Positions 8,833 through 18,099 of a DNA stretch of 64,000 bases are shown here, in pieces; positions within the stretch are counted from its first letter, which is position 1; every line of letters starts with the position of its first letter. Source of the stretch: a virus (lineage: Duplodnaviria > Heunggongvirae > Uroviricota > Caudoviricetes). Where the stretch lies: IMG/VR virus record IMGVR_UViG_3300031853_000017, positions 2,397 through 66,396 of that record. One strand, 5' to 3'. The position numbers and the translations under genes are program-made. The notes under the pieces were generated by a model. That model did not search any database, was not told the origin of the DNA, and worked only from the letters and a program-made list of their open reading frames with translations.

Positions 8833-9183
8833 ATGAAATTATCCAAAAGATTAACTACAATGATTGAAAATGCTGATTTTAGCATTTATTACGACGATGA
8901 AAACGTGATTGATTTTGGCAAGTACAGCTCCGCAGGGCAGGATTTTCATTTCTGTATCGACACCGAAAACAATCTTGACTATTTCCTCATGAACATCTTG
9001 TCCTATTATCAGGATTTTGATGTATCTTATGAAACGTCGCTCTGGATAGGAAGTGACGGACACGGGAAGAACGGCGCTCCGTATGAAATCAAAGACATTT
9101 ACGAGGACATGGAGGAATGTCACGAGTTCATCATGGAGTTATACAATATCGTCGGGAAATACATCAAGCAGATTAGGAGGTAA
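8833..9183 (+). CDS. hypothetical protein
   Basis: GAGGTAT SD. Confidence 0.55.
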   Translation: MKLSKRLTTMIENADFSIYYDDENVIDFGKYSSAGQDFHFCIDTENNLDYFLMNILSYYQDFDVSYETSLWIGSDGHGKNGAPYEIKDIYEDMEECHEFIMELYNIVGKYIKQIRR

Positions 9184-9187
9184 CACA

Positions 9188-10111
9188 ATGTCATTACTAA
9201 ACGAATTGAAACTGTTTTGTGAATCGGAACAGTTAAACACAATCATTCATCACGGCAGAACGATTGTCAAGCTGACGAAGGACAATATCGGCAAATGCTC
9301 CATTATTTACGGCTGTTATCGTTTCTACGGCGCGGACGAATCGGATTTCTTCATGGATTTGGAAAATCAGTTGTCAATCTTGGCAATTTACGCAAATCAG
9401 ACTGTCTATGTTTGCAACGAATCAATTTTTGACACATTCAATTACAGACATAACAAAATCCCGTTTCCGGACGGAATAACCACATGGGGAATCTTCAAAA
9501 AGGAAATGAACGAGCGCATGGAAAACGTCGAATTTCCGAAGTATTACGACACGTTAGAGCCGAGCGAATTATCCGAGCGCAGCGACGTTCTCAAAGAAGC
9601 AAAGCGCCGCATTCTGTATTCCGAGATTTCAAGGAAGCCGCATATTTCAAAAGATTCTTTCCTTGAAGATAGAGAGCTTATCAAAATTCTTGCTGGAATC
9701 AGCGACGAGGCGGAGGCTATTCATTCCGCGTTTGAACGTGTGCGCGGCAGTTACGAATATATGAAAGCATACGAGATTGCTATTCAGGAGCTTGTCAAAT
9801 CAGGCGATACAGTAAAGGATTTCGAGCGGAAAATTGCGGCGGCGCTTGATAGCATTGAAGCGAAAACGGTTACAGTTGAATTTGAGTATCAAGGCAAACG
9901 AGCCGGGCAGAAGATTGAGCCGGAAACGATAAGGCATAGAATGCTTGATGGCTATGGATTCAGTAGTTATGATTTCGTTTCTTACACCGGCGGCGAACGT
10001 CTGATGGACGCATTGGGAATCAGCAAATTCGACGAAAAGATTTTTGTGAAGGACATCACGCGGATTATGTATCGCGGAAAATCTATCTACGAGAGGGAGG
10101 AAACGACATGA
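9188..10111 (+). CDS. hypothetical protein
   Basis: AGGAGGTAA SD + ATG 9188 (listed ORF 9053 probably starts here). Confidence 0.55.
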   Translation: MSLLNELKLFCESEQLNTIIHHGRTIVKLTKDNIGKCSIIYGCYRFYGADESDFFMDLENQLSILAIYANQTVYVCNESIFDTFNYRHNKIPFPDGITTWGIFKKEMNERMENVEFPKYYDTLEPSELSERSDVLKEAKRRILYSEISRKPHISKDSFLEDRELIKILAGISDEAEAIHSAFERVRGSYEYMKAYEIAIQELVKSGDTVKDFERKIAAALDSIEAKTVTVEFEYQGKRAGQKIEPETIRHRMLDGYGFSSYDFVSYTGGERLMDALGISKFDEKIFVKDITRIMYRGKSIYEREETT

Positions 10112-10537
10112 CAGGCGAACACGAAATGACCAGAGATGAATGCCTTGAAATCTTAAAAAAGTATGACAATGACCTTTATGAATACTATTGCGAAAACGCT
10201 TGGTCTTTCGGAATCCATGCGTACAATTACGCAAGGTATTTGTTGGAAAAGTTTGGGGGAAAAATCAATTTCGGTGGAGCAATTCAAAAACGGAATTAAA
10301 TTAGTGTTAAAAACTGATGATGAAGATTTATCGTTTTCAACAATGAGCAATATGTTCTATGCCGATTATCACCCTAAATATCCGGAAAAATCCGCAGCAG
10401 ATATGACGATTTCATATAATTGGGTTACGCGCGAAGGAGAAATTTGCGGCAACTTGCAAGCGCTAATCCCGACAATCAAAAAATATAATAGCTTTTTGTT
10501 TATGCTTAAAGATTTGAAAGAGATGGAGGTCGAGTAA
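10108..10537 (+). CDS. hypothetical protein interrupted by +1 frameshift at GGGGGAAAAA (10255-10264)
   Basis: ORF 10108-10299 (GGGAGG SD) and ORF 10163-10537 overlap; second has no SD; frames join at G5A5 tract. Confidence 0.35.
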
Positions 10538-10538
10538 A

Positions 10539-10727
10539 ATGAAAGCCGAAAATAAACCGATGAAAACAACATATGCAAGCGATATGGACACGGTTGTTGC
10601 TTGTGCTGCTTGCGGAAAATCTCTGAAATTCGGCGACGCATACACTTCACGGAAAATTTTGAGCAATGCCGGATTCGGATATGCCGTGTGCAAGGATTGT
10701 TATGAAAAGGAGTTTGAAGTCAAATAA
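10539..10727 (+). CDS. zinc-ribbon small protein
   Basis: CAACGK...CKDC. Confidence 0.5.
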   Translation: MKAENKPMKTTYASDMDTVVACAACGKSLKFGDAYTSRKILSNAGFGYAVCKDCYEKEFEVK

Positions 10728-11005
10728 TGGAGAAAACATTAACCAAACAGATTACAAAAGAATTACTTGAAAGATATGGTTGTACAAATGACGGCGTATT
10801 CTTTTGTCAATCAGAGAAGAAACCAGTTTTACTGAGAATCAACAATGAAAGCAATACGGATTTTGAAATCGTATTCGATGAAAGCATTGGATTGCCGCCA
10901 ATAACAGTTTGCGGAAACAATCACGCGAATGTAGTAACCGTGGAATGTTCCGAGATTGTTTACAAGGCAATAACCGATGGAAAATACAAGATTATTCATA
11001 ATTAG
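10727..11005 (+). CDS. hypothetical protein
   Basis: coupled ORF. Confidence 0.5.
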   Translation: MEKTLTKQITKELLERYGCTNDGVFFCQSEKKPVLLRINNESNTDFEIVFDESIGLPPITVCGNNHANVVTVECSEIVYKAITDGKYKIIHN

Positions 11006-11016
11006 GAGGAATTGAA

Positions 11017-11295
11017 TTGATTACACCAGAAGAATTGAAACAATACGAAATTGCGAATGTCAACATCGAATCAATCATTGTTGATATTGACACGGCAATT
11101 AAGAGAAGCCACGGGAATTATTCATACGAGAACGCTATATTGCTAAAGGAATATCCCGTATCAGTGAGAGATGAAATCGCCCGCAGATACCGCGAAGCTG
11201 GCTGGAAGTATGTAATCCACAGAACATCATCTGAAAACGGAGAAAGACCGGGGCTGACCCATTTCAAATTATCAATGACACCTATCGAGTGGTAA
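11017..11295 (+). CDS. hypothetical protein
   Basis: AGGAGG SD; TTG start. Confidence 0.5.
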   Translation: MITPEELKQYEIANVNIESIIVDIDTAIKRSHGNYSYENAILLKEYPVSVRDEIARRYREAGWKYVIHRTSSENGERPGLTHFKLSMTPIEW

Positions 11296-11309
11296 AGGAG
11301 AGAGCACAA

Positions 11310-12479
11310 ATGATTTTCAAAATGTTATCAAAAGATTTCAAGAATATTATTGACCGTTTATACATCGTCGTTCCGAAAGTGAGCGTTATTCCGGCGCTGC
11401 ACGGCGTTCAGATTATCGCCGATAAGGAAAACGACACATTATCATTCCGCGTTTCCGATTTGGAATCATATCTCACGATTAACGCAAATATGCGTGATGT
11501 TGAAATCGTCGAGGGCGGAAAAGTTATCATTGACATTGATTGCGTTAAGAAACTGTTTCCCGTCGAAGGCCGGGTAACATATGAGCGCAAGAGCAATTCT
11601 TTCAGCGCGGCAAACGAGAAGAAAAAGAACAGAGTATCATGTTTCAAGAGCGAAGATGATGATTCTATGGTTAATTTTCCGGAAAATCCAAAGGAAGATT
11701 CAATCATTATGACAATTCCCGACAGGAAGAATTTTATCACCGTTCTGGAAAATCTCGCGCCTTGCCTGAGTGTCGAGCAACACAAGCCGATTTATACAGG
11801 ATATAATTTCAACAGCGGCAAATACGGAATCATTGCTATTGACGGCTATCACGCTCTGAGTTATTTCAATCCGTGGTGCGCGGAGGGTAAGACTTTCAAC
11901 TTTGGAGTGCATGGAATCGCGTGCAAGCAGTTAAAAAAGATTGCAAGCAACAAAACGGAAAATTCCGAGCTTAAAGTTTATTTCAGCGGCAGACACGTTC
12001 ATTTTGTCGGTGATGATTTTACCCTTACGCAGTGCATTATTGAAGGAAATTTTGTTGATTTCGCGCAGACAGTAGATATGAATGACTCTGATTATACTGT
12101 TACCCTGAACTGCGCTGAGTTTTTGAAAATTGCAAAGGAATATGCTATGCTTAACAAGAAAACGCCCATTATTCATTGCGTTGAATGTTCCGGAAAACTT
12201 GCAACAGAAACGCATAGCAGCGATTTTCAGACTGCGGACTGTATTTCTATTGAGGATGGCAAATTGTCGGAAAACTTGCACATTGCCTTTAATGCGAAGT
12301 ATATGGCTGATGTGCTGAAAGTGTTTAAGGACACAAACACTACAATTTCCGGCGGAAAAGAAATCTATCCGTGGAAATTTCTTAACGAAAATTATGTTGC
12401 CCTTGTCGTTCCTATGCGACTTGGAAAGGAAAGTAAAGAGTTTTCGGAATCATACATAAAAGAGGCGTTTTGCAGTTGA
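11310..12479 (+). CDS. dnaN: DNA polymerase sliding clamp (beta-clamp, DnaN-like)
   Basis: About 390 aa; C-terminus ...VALVVPMRL matches the DnaN C-terminal PMRL motif; three-domain-sized; AAGGAG SD. Confidence 0.6.
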   Translation: MIFKMLSKDFKNIIDRLYIVVPKVSVIPALHGVQIIADKENDTLSFRVSDLESYLTINANMRDVEIVEGGKVIIDIDCVKKLFPVEGRVTYERKSNSFSAANEKKKNRVSCFKSEDDDSMVNFPENPKEDSIIMTIPDRKNFITVLENLAPCLSVEQHKPIYTGYNFNSGKYGIIAIDGYHALSYFNPWCAEGKTFNFGVHGIACKQLKKIASNKTENSELKVYFSGRHVHFVGDDFTLTQCIIEGNFVDFAQTVDMNDSDYTVTLNCAEFLKIAKEYAMLNKKTPIIHCVECSGKLATETHSSDFQTADCISIEDGKLSENLHIAFNAKYMADVLKVFKDTNTTISGGKEIYPWKFLNENYVALVVPMRLGKESKEFSESYIKEAFCS

Positions 12480-12504
12480 CATGATTATGTAGGCAGGGTA
12501 TAAT
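12476..12504 (+). promoter_or_regulatory. sigma70-like promoter
   Basis: TTGACA-17-TATAAT. Confidence 0.5.
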
Positions 12505-12532
12505 TATCATATCTTGCGGAGAGGAAGATTTT

Positions 12533-12835
12533 ATGACGAAAAAGAGTAATCTTGCCGCCGAAATCGTAAACCTACATGACACATGGACAAAAATGACAAA
12601 AACGGAAATTGCGAATAATGTTGAATCTCAATTATACGCAAAATATCCAGATTGTCAAAATTCATTTAACGAAAAAATGACCGCGTTAATGGATATTACA
12701 GGAGCAGGGAAACAAACTGTTTATTCATGGTTCAATCATAGCCGCGAAAAGGTTAAAATGCCGTTTTATCGAGTTTGCCAAATCGCGGCTGCGCTTGGCG
12801 CGGATATTCATGAGATATTGGCGGAAAATAAATAA
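12533..12835 (+). CDS. putative HTH DNA-binding protein
   Basis: C-terminal helix-turn-helix-like segment (QTVYSWFNHSREKV). Confidence 0.4.
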   Translation: MTKKSNLAAEIVNLHDTWTKMTKTEIANNVESQLYAKYPDCQNSFNEKMTALMDITGAGKQTVYSWFNHSREKVKMPFYRVCQIAAALGADIHEILAENK

Positions 12836-12855
12836 AAATATTTTTATATTTACCA

Positions 12856-12884
12856 TTGACAGTTTACCTAAAAGGTGCTATAAT
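12856..12884 (+). promoter_or_regulatory. sigma70-like promoter driving about 180 nt of non-coding RNA or leader
   Basis: TTGACA-17-TATAAT; hairpin CCGATAGG-N9-CCTATCGG at about 12968-12992. Confidence 0.5.
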
Positions 12885-13062
12885 TAATTTGTATCAAAGA
12901 TACACCTATAAAGAGTGTGCAAGGGAGCAAGCCCGATGACCGTACACCAACCTACTTTATGCAAGGTGGTAATGCTTGACCGATAGGTTTTTTAATCCTA
13001 TCGGTGACGATAGGGTTTTATCTTTTACGGCTCAAATCTAAAATTTAAAAGGATTTGAAACA

Positions 13063-13377
13063 ATGGAAAGAACAATCAAGAATTTAGCAAACATGGACGG
13101 CAGAGTATATGTATTCCTGGAAAACGTCGAAATCGGTGAAAAATTTCTCCAACAGGCAGAATCCGAGGGATTTACATTCGGTGACGGAGCAAAGCCCACA
13201 GAACGCTGCTACGCTGAGATTATGGCGGTCAACGGCGATTTAACAATCAACTTTGTCGGAACGAACGGAAGAATCGCATTTGGCGGCGGCGCTGCGACTG
13301 TCGGCGGAAAAAAGCTAATCCGCATTGATTTTAAGAAGTACGTAGCCGGCGTGGAAAACTACGAGTACAAGAGGTAA
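13063..13377 (+). CDS. hypothetical protein
   Basis: AAAGGA SD + ATG. Confidence 0.5.
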   Translation: MERTIKNLANMDGRVYVFLENVEIGEKFLQQAESEGFTFGDGAKPTERCYAEIMAVNGDLTINFVGTNGRIAFGGGAATVGGKKLIRIDFKKYVAGVENYEYKR

Positions 13378-13383
13378 CAAGAT

Positions 13384-13641
13384 ATGCAAGACAAGATTGA
13401 AAATAACCTTTTGAGATTGCAGGAAGCAACAAATAATTATAAGGTTATCAATCCGCTTGCTGATTGGGTATTATTCGCGGTATCAAGATACATTTCTTCA
13501 AGAAAAGCGCCGAAAGATTTTGAAAGAGCATTTGCAAATTTTGATTCAAAAAAGTTTGGCGATTTGGTTAAGGAATGTTTGCGCGGAGATAAATCTGACG
13601 ATGGAATAATTAAAACTTGCAAGCGGATAATGCTTTGTTGA
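13384..13641 (+). CDS. hypothetical protein
   Basis: ORF. Confidence 0.5.
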   Translation: MQDKIENNLLRLQEATNNYKVINPLADWVLFAVSRYISSRKAPKDFERAFANFDSKKFGDLVKECLRGDKSDDGIIKTCKRIMLC

Positions 13642-13650
13642 GGTAGATAA

Positions 13651-13818
13651 ATGCCGAAGATTCAGCGCAGAGGAATAATATTCTTCATTGAGAGAAATAT
13701 TCGCGGAGCTTGGATTGTCTATGGCAAAGAAGGTATTAAACAATACTATGGATATACCAAAGAACAGGCACGGCAAAAATATCTTGATGAAGCGCGAACA
13801 ATAATAAATGAGAAATGA
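13651..13818 (+). CDS. small protein (55 aa)
   Basis: GAGGTAG SD + ATG. Confidence 0.4.
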   Translation: MPKIQRRGIIFFIERNIRGAWIVYGKEGIKQYYGYTKEQARQKYLDEARTIINEK

Positions 13819-13825
13819 GGTTTTT

Positions 13826-14155
13826 ATGGCAAAACTGAGAGTGTGGTGGATTCCGCAAGTTCCAATGGAAGCCTTTTACGTCCCTGTTGAATCGCCCGAA
13901 GAAGGTCAAAAGGTAATGAATATTCTGGCTACTTATGATTGTTTTCAATATAACCATAATGTAAAGCCGGATTATGCTAATACTGGCGGTTTGCAATACT
14001 TCAATGAAGAAGATAATGAGTGGGAAGATTGGTACTTTGAGGATGACAATTCCTACTATGACGACCTTGATGAATATATTGAGGAACAGTCCGACCGCGC
14101 GGCTGAAATTGAAGCTCAGAACAAGGCTTTACTCGAACAGGTACATTTCGATTAA
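13826..14155 (+). CDS. acidic hypothetical protein
   Basis: GAGG SD + ATG. Confidence 0.5.
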   Translation: MAKLRVWWIPQVPMEAFYVPVESPEEGQKVMNILATYDCFQYNHNVKPDYANTGGLQYFNEEDNEWEDWYFEDDNSYYDDLDEYIEEQSDRAAEIEAQNKALLEQVHFD

Positions 14156-14158
14156 GAG

Positions 14159-14377
14159 GTGTTACGAATGTTAAACGTTGAAAGACGGACAGACAAAAAA
14201 TATTTTAACTGCAATAATTGCGGAGCAACGAATTATGAATCGGAATGGAATGATGCTGTTGATTATTTAACGCATATTTCCACCGAAAACGGCAGCGGTT
14301 CATTTATTTGTATTAGGCTTTGTGATAAATGTCTTAAAGAGTTGAAAAATAAACTCAACGATATTCAAACGGATTAA
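14159..14377 (+). CDS. zinc-ribbon protein
   Basis: CNNCG...CDKC. Confidence 0.5.
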   Translation: MLRMLNVERRTDKKYFNCNNCGATNYESEWNDAVDYLTHISTENGSGSFICIRLCDKCLKELKNKLNDIQTD

Positions 14378-14385
14378 GAGTTATT

Positions 14386-14513
14386 TGCGGTGGCGGAATA
14401 GGTAGACGCAAGCGTTGCTGTGGGTAACAGACTGCAATTAAAACCGAGACGTTATGTACGGGATTTTTTGGAGGATACTAAGGCACATGTGAGGTGCAAA
14501 TCCTCACCCGCAT
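14386..14513 (+). ncRNA. degenerate tRNA-like element (class II D-arm + T-arm, ~70-nt insertion, imperfect acceptor)
   Basis: GGCGGAATAGGTAGACGC D-arm (Leu/Ser-like) ... GTGAGGTGCAAATCCTCAC T-arm ... CCGCA. Confidence 0.3.
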
Positions 14514-14533
14514 TCTATTTGAAAAATGGAGGT

Positions 14534-14767
14534 ATGTTTATGGTATCAAAAGAAAAAATCGAAGAATACAGAACTTGCTATAACAATCAAAAAGAATATA
14601 ATAAACATCGTATCAGCAATTATGACGGCGGGTGTTGTGGATATATTGGTGGGAATTGCAAACAATGTATTTTCAGAAGTTTAGAATCAGAAGATTTTTC
14701 TATGTTCGGAGATACTGACGAATTGGTTTATGATAACAAATTCTTGGGTTGCTTACAAAGGAGATAA
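14534..14767 (+). CDS. Cys-rich small protein
   Basis: GGAGGTATG SD; CCGYIGGNCKQC. Confidence 0.45.
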   Translation: MFMVSKEKIEEYRTCYNNQKEYNKHRISNYDGGCCGYIGGNCKQCIFRSLESEDFSMFGDTDELVYDNKFLGCLQRR

Positions 14768-14771
14768 AACA

Positions 14772-14957
14772 ATGAAACCAGAGTGTAAACTTATTGGAGA
14801 GGACGGAAATATTTTTAACCTTTGCGGAATTGCCCGCAGAGTCTTGAAGCGAGAAAAAATGTATGATGAAGCCGATGAAATGGCAGACAGAGTTGTGAAA
14901 GCTGAATCTTACGATGACGCATTATCAATCATCGGAGAATACGTTGATATTTGTTAA
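14772..14957 (+). CDS. hypothetical protein
   Basis: AAGGAG SD + ATG. Confidence 0.45.
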   Translation: MKPECKLIGEDGNIFNLCGIARRVLKREKMYDEADEMADRVVKAESYDDALSIIGEYVDIC

Positions 14958-14969
14958 TTTGGTGGCGTT

Positions 14970-15509
14970 ATGAAGTATTCAGACATTCCACAATTCACAC
15001 GCAGCGGAACATATCAGGTGAATGTGCCATTAAATCATATCAAGAGAGCAATAGATGATTACATTGATAGCGGTTTGCAGATGAACCCAGATTTTCAGAG
15101 AGGGCATATCTGGACAAGAGAGCAACAAATCGCGTTCGTTGAATTTCTGTTACGCGGAGGAAAATCATCAAGAACAATCTATTTTAATTGTCCGTGGTGG
15201 CTTGGAAACTCAAAAGTCAATTCTTATAATGACTTTGTTATTGTTGATGGATTACAGCGTATAACTGCCGTTCTCGCGTTTATGAATGATGAAATACCAG
15301 CGTTTGGCGTATATCATAAAGACTATGAAGGTAGAGTACCTTTGGGCATTGATTTGATTTTTAATGTTAATGACCTGAAAACTAAAAAAGATGTTTTGAA
15401 ATGGTATATTGAAATCAATTCCGGCGGAACTCCACATACGAATCAGGAAATCGAGCGAGTCAAGCAACTATTGAAGGAAGAACAGGAAAAAAACAGTGAA
15501 CAGGCTTAA
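14970..15509 (+). CDS. ParB/Srx-fold nuclease-like protein (DUF262-like, DGLQR motif)
   Basis: PDFQRG and VDGLQRITA motifs typical of DUF262/ParB-like NTPase-nuclease domains. Confidence 0.5.
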   Translation: MKYSDIPQFTRSGTYQVNVPLNHIKRAIDDYIDSGLQMNPDFQRGHIWTREQQIAFVEFLLRGGKSSRTIYFNCPWWLGNSKVNSYNDFVIVDGLQRITAVLAFMNDEIPAFGVYHKDYEGRVPLGIDLIFNVNDLKTKKDVLKWYIEINSGGTPHTNQEIERVKQLLKEEQEKNSEQA

Positions 15510-15567
15510 CCTCTGAAACATGGGGTTAAACTTTTGAAAAAAAAATTTCAGTAATTATAAAAAACAT

Positions 15568-15596
15568 ATTGACAAATTCGGCGGGGTATGCTATAA
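15568..15596 (+). promoter_or_regulatory. sigma70-like promoter
   Basis: TTGACA-17-TATAAT. Confidence 0.55.
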
Positions 15597-15643
15597 TATA
15601 ACCATAGTAAATAAGTTACTACAAACATTAAGGAGGAATCACA

Positions 15644-17479
15644 ATGAAAGCAACAATTACAATCAACAACGAAAAGAATGGTATTGAAGTAGCATTTGCC
15701 GCAAAACCGGAAACTGACGTTCTGACCGCGCTGAAAGAAGCCGGATTCCGCTGGCACAGACAGAAGAAAGTATGGTACGCAAAGAACACCGACGAAAGAA
15801 TGACATTCGTTCAGGGTATCGGCGAAGTATCTTCTACTGCCGCGAACGGTAAAGATAAAAAAGTTAATGTCGATTTGTGGGAAATCACCCGCACAGATGA
15901 TATTCCGTATTTCTATGGCGAGAATCACGAACACAGCGCAAAGGTTATCGCTATGAATGTCAGAAAGCACCTCCGCGCGAGATTCCCGTTCTGCAAATGG
16001 TCTGTTACCAGCAGTAGAGATAGCGTCGATGTCAGCTTGCTTAAAAGCCCGTTTGAAAAGGGTAGCGACGAGTTAATGGCAATCGCGGAATATGCGTACC
16101 GTTATACTCAGGCGTATAACTACGATAACAGCGATTCTATGTCTGACTATTTCGACGTAAATTTCTACGGCACTTGCTCCGCTCATTCGATTGTCCATTG
16201 GAATTACGAGCAGACAGAAATGACCGACGAATACGCGGAAATGGCAGAGGTATTCAAGGCTAAGAAGGCGGATTTTGAGAAGGCAGAAGCCGAACGGCAG
16301 GAGCGCGAATCTCAGGAACGCAAGAAGCAGTATGAAATCGAGAAGGCAGAAGCCGAAAAGAGAGCAGAGGAAGAAAAGAGAATCATTGCTGACATCGAAG
16401 CGTCGGCGGTCATTGTGAATGACGTTGATTACACTATCACAAATGCCCGCTTGGTCTGCAACAAGTGCAGCACATTTGAGGATTATTATAATGAGCACGA
16501 AACCAGAGAGGATTGCAAGGTCGCAAGAGAGGTCTATATGACCGCAGAGCAGTATGAGCAGTTTACACATCTTTTTATTTCTGATTTCTCATTCCTTGCG
16601 AGAATGGGCGGCACAAACACAGATGACCGCAGAATCACCGATATGGAAGATTACACCAGAATGTCTAAAGAAGAACGTGAAACAGTCCATTTCTACCGCG
16701 ACAAATGCGTTGCTATCTTTGCCGGCAATGAATTGAAGCTTGCTATTGACCCGCAGGGATTCTCTTATGCAAGATATGTCTATTTGGTTGACGAGCAGAC
16801 GGAGCGCGTCGGTGACTACCATACCGATTATGTAATCAGTGAAGAAGAAGCGGCGGAGAATCGCGCGGCTGCTGAAAAGGTTGAGGAATTTATTTCTGAA
16901 ATCATCAGAGAAAACAACATGATTGGCACATGGGATTCCGAGGATATGGAGAAATTCAGAGAGATTTTTACCGACACCATCAAGGAACGCGGCATTCGTT
17001 TTGATGTCGGTGTCGTCAGAGCGATGGAAAATCTCAGACTGAAATATTCATTGTACAGACTGTTGAATGAGCCTATCCAGATTCGCCGGCAGTTTGACCG
17101 CGCAGGATTTACAGAAGGACAAAAATTGACAATTTTTCAAATTTCGTCTTTTGGAATGTTTACAACGACAAAAGTAAAATTTGACCATTATGAATACGCA
17201 ACATACGCGCAGTATGATAATGCGGTAAAAATGGTTATGGCGTTGCCGAGAAAGCGCGGATTGTATAAAACGTATTTCTATAACGAGGTAATCATCGTTG
17301 ACGGCTGGCAGGATATTCCGCGCGAATTGTTCTTTGAGAGAATCGAGAGTGTGAACGGCGTTATTTGCGAAAAGAGCAGGTTTACCTCTTGCGACAAAGC
17401 TCACTATGAGGTCGTGTTAGACTATTTCAAGAGTCAGGGAATTGAGCCGCTTGTAAACACATTCAAGCCGGTATTCTGA
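15644..17479 (+). CDS. large hypothetical protein (611 aa) with central E/K/R coiled-coil
   Basis: AAGGAGG SD; no catalytic motifs recognised. Confidence 0.6.
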   Translation: MKATITINNEKNGIEVAFAAKPETDVLTALKEAGFRWHRQKKVWYAKNTDERMTFVQGIGEVSSTAANGKDKKVNVDLWEITRTDDIPYFYGENHEHSAKVIAMNVRKHLRARFPFCKWSVTSSRDSVDVSLLKSPFEKGSDELMAIAEYAYRYTQAYNYDNSDSMSDYFDVNFYGTCSAHSIVHWNYEQTEMTDEYAEMAEVFKAKKADFEKAEAERQERESQERKKQYEIEKAEAEKRAEEEKRIIADIEASAVIVNDVDYTITNARLVCNKCSTFEDYYNEHETREDCKVAREVYMTAEQYEQFTHLFISDFSFLARMGGTNTDDRRITDMEDYTRMSKEERETVHFYRDKCVAIFAGNELKLAIDPQGFSYARYVYLVDEQTERVGDYHTDYVISEEEAAENRAAAEKVEEFISEIIRENNMIGTWDSEDMEKFREIFTDTIKERGIRFDVGVVRAMENLRLKYSLYRLLNEPIQIRRQFDRAGFTEGQKLTIFQISSFGMFTTTKVKFDHYEYATYAQYDNAVKMVMALPRKRGLYKTYFYNEVIIVDGWQDIPRELFFERIESVNGVICEKSRFTSCDKAHYEVVLDYFKSQGIEPLVNTFKPVF

Positions 17480-17490
17480 TAGAGGTGAAC

Positions 17491-17877
17491 ATGATATATT
17501 TTTGGATAGATAAAAAGAAATCCAGTGTTTATAATGCAACGGATGAAAACGATATTTCAAATTCGTATTATCCGATTGCTTCTACCGATATGGAAAAACT
17601 TAAAGGAATGATCGCGGAGATTGGCTATAGCACATCTGTAAAAGGGTGTGCTGAAAGCCGTCTTTCGTCGGAAGAAATCAAACATATCGCCTTGTTTTGC
17701 AATATGTATGAGGTAGAGGGAACAAAGGAAATCGGAATCTTTATTAGCATTTCCGACAGCAAAGATTTGATTTTTGTTGGTTATTATCCAGGCATTGAGC
17801 TTGATGACCATAAAAAGATTTTTGAAAAATTCTGTGAGTGGTTAAAAATTAACAGAAAAACGAATAAATATACATAA
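17491..17877 (+). CDS. hypothetical protein
   Basis: AGAGGTG SD + ATG. Confidence 0.5.
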   Translation: MIYFWIDKKKSSVYNATDENDISNSYYPIASTDMEKLKGMIAEIGYSTSVKGCAESRLSSEEIKHIALFCNMYEVEGTKEIGIFISISDSKDLIFVGYYPGIELDDHKKIFEKFCEWLKINRKTNKYT

Positions 17878-17908
17878 ATAACGAATAAATATTCATCAGG
17901 AGGACAAA

Positions 17909-18094
17909 ATGCGTAGGCTTGGATTATTCAGTGGAACGGTTTATTCAAGTGAAGATTTTGAGAATGACAGAATCAAAGAGTGCGCCGTACAAATTCCGGA
18001 AAAAATGAAAGATTCAGAACTCAAAGATTTTCACAAAGAGCATAGAGGACGTTGTAAGGGTTGCTATGGCTGCCCAGAAGCGCGGAGAGGTTAG
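17909..18094 (+). CDS. small hypothetical protein
   Basis: AGGAGG SD. Confidence 0.4.
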   Translation: MRRLGLFSGTVYSSEDFENDRIKECAVQIPEKMKDSELKDFHKEHRGRCKGCYGCPEARRG

Positions 18095-18099
18095 AAAGA

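Noticed and set aside
15548-16570. - strand ORFs 15548-15970 and 16073-16570
   Set aside because: Embedded antisense to the 611-aa + strand gene, with no SD or promoter context. The same applies to 31926-32417(-), 8277-8672(-), 11408-11785(-) and other - strand ORFs inside + strand genes.
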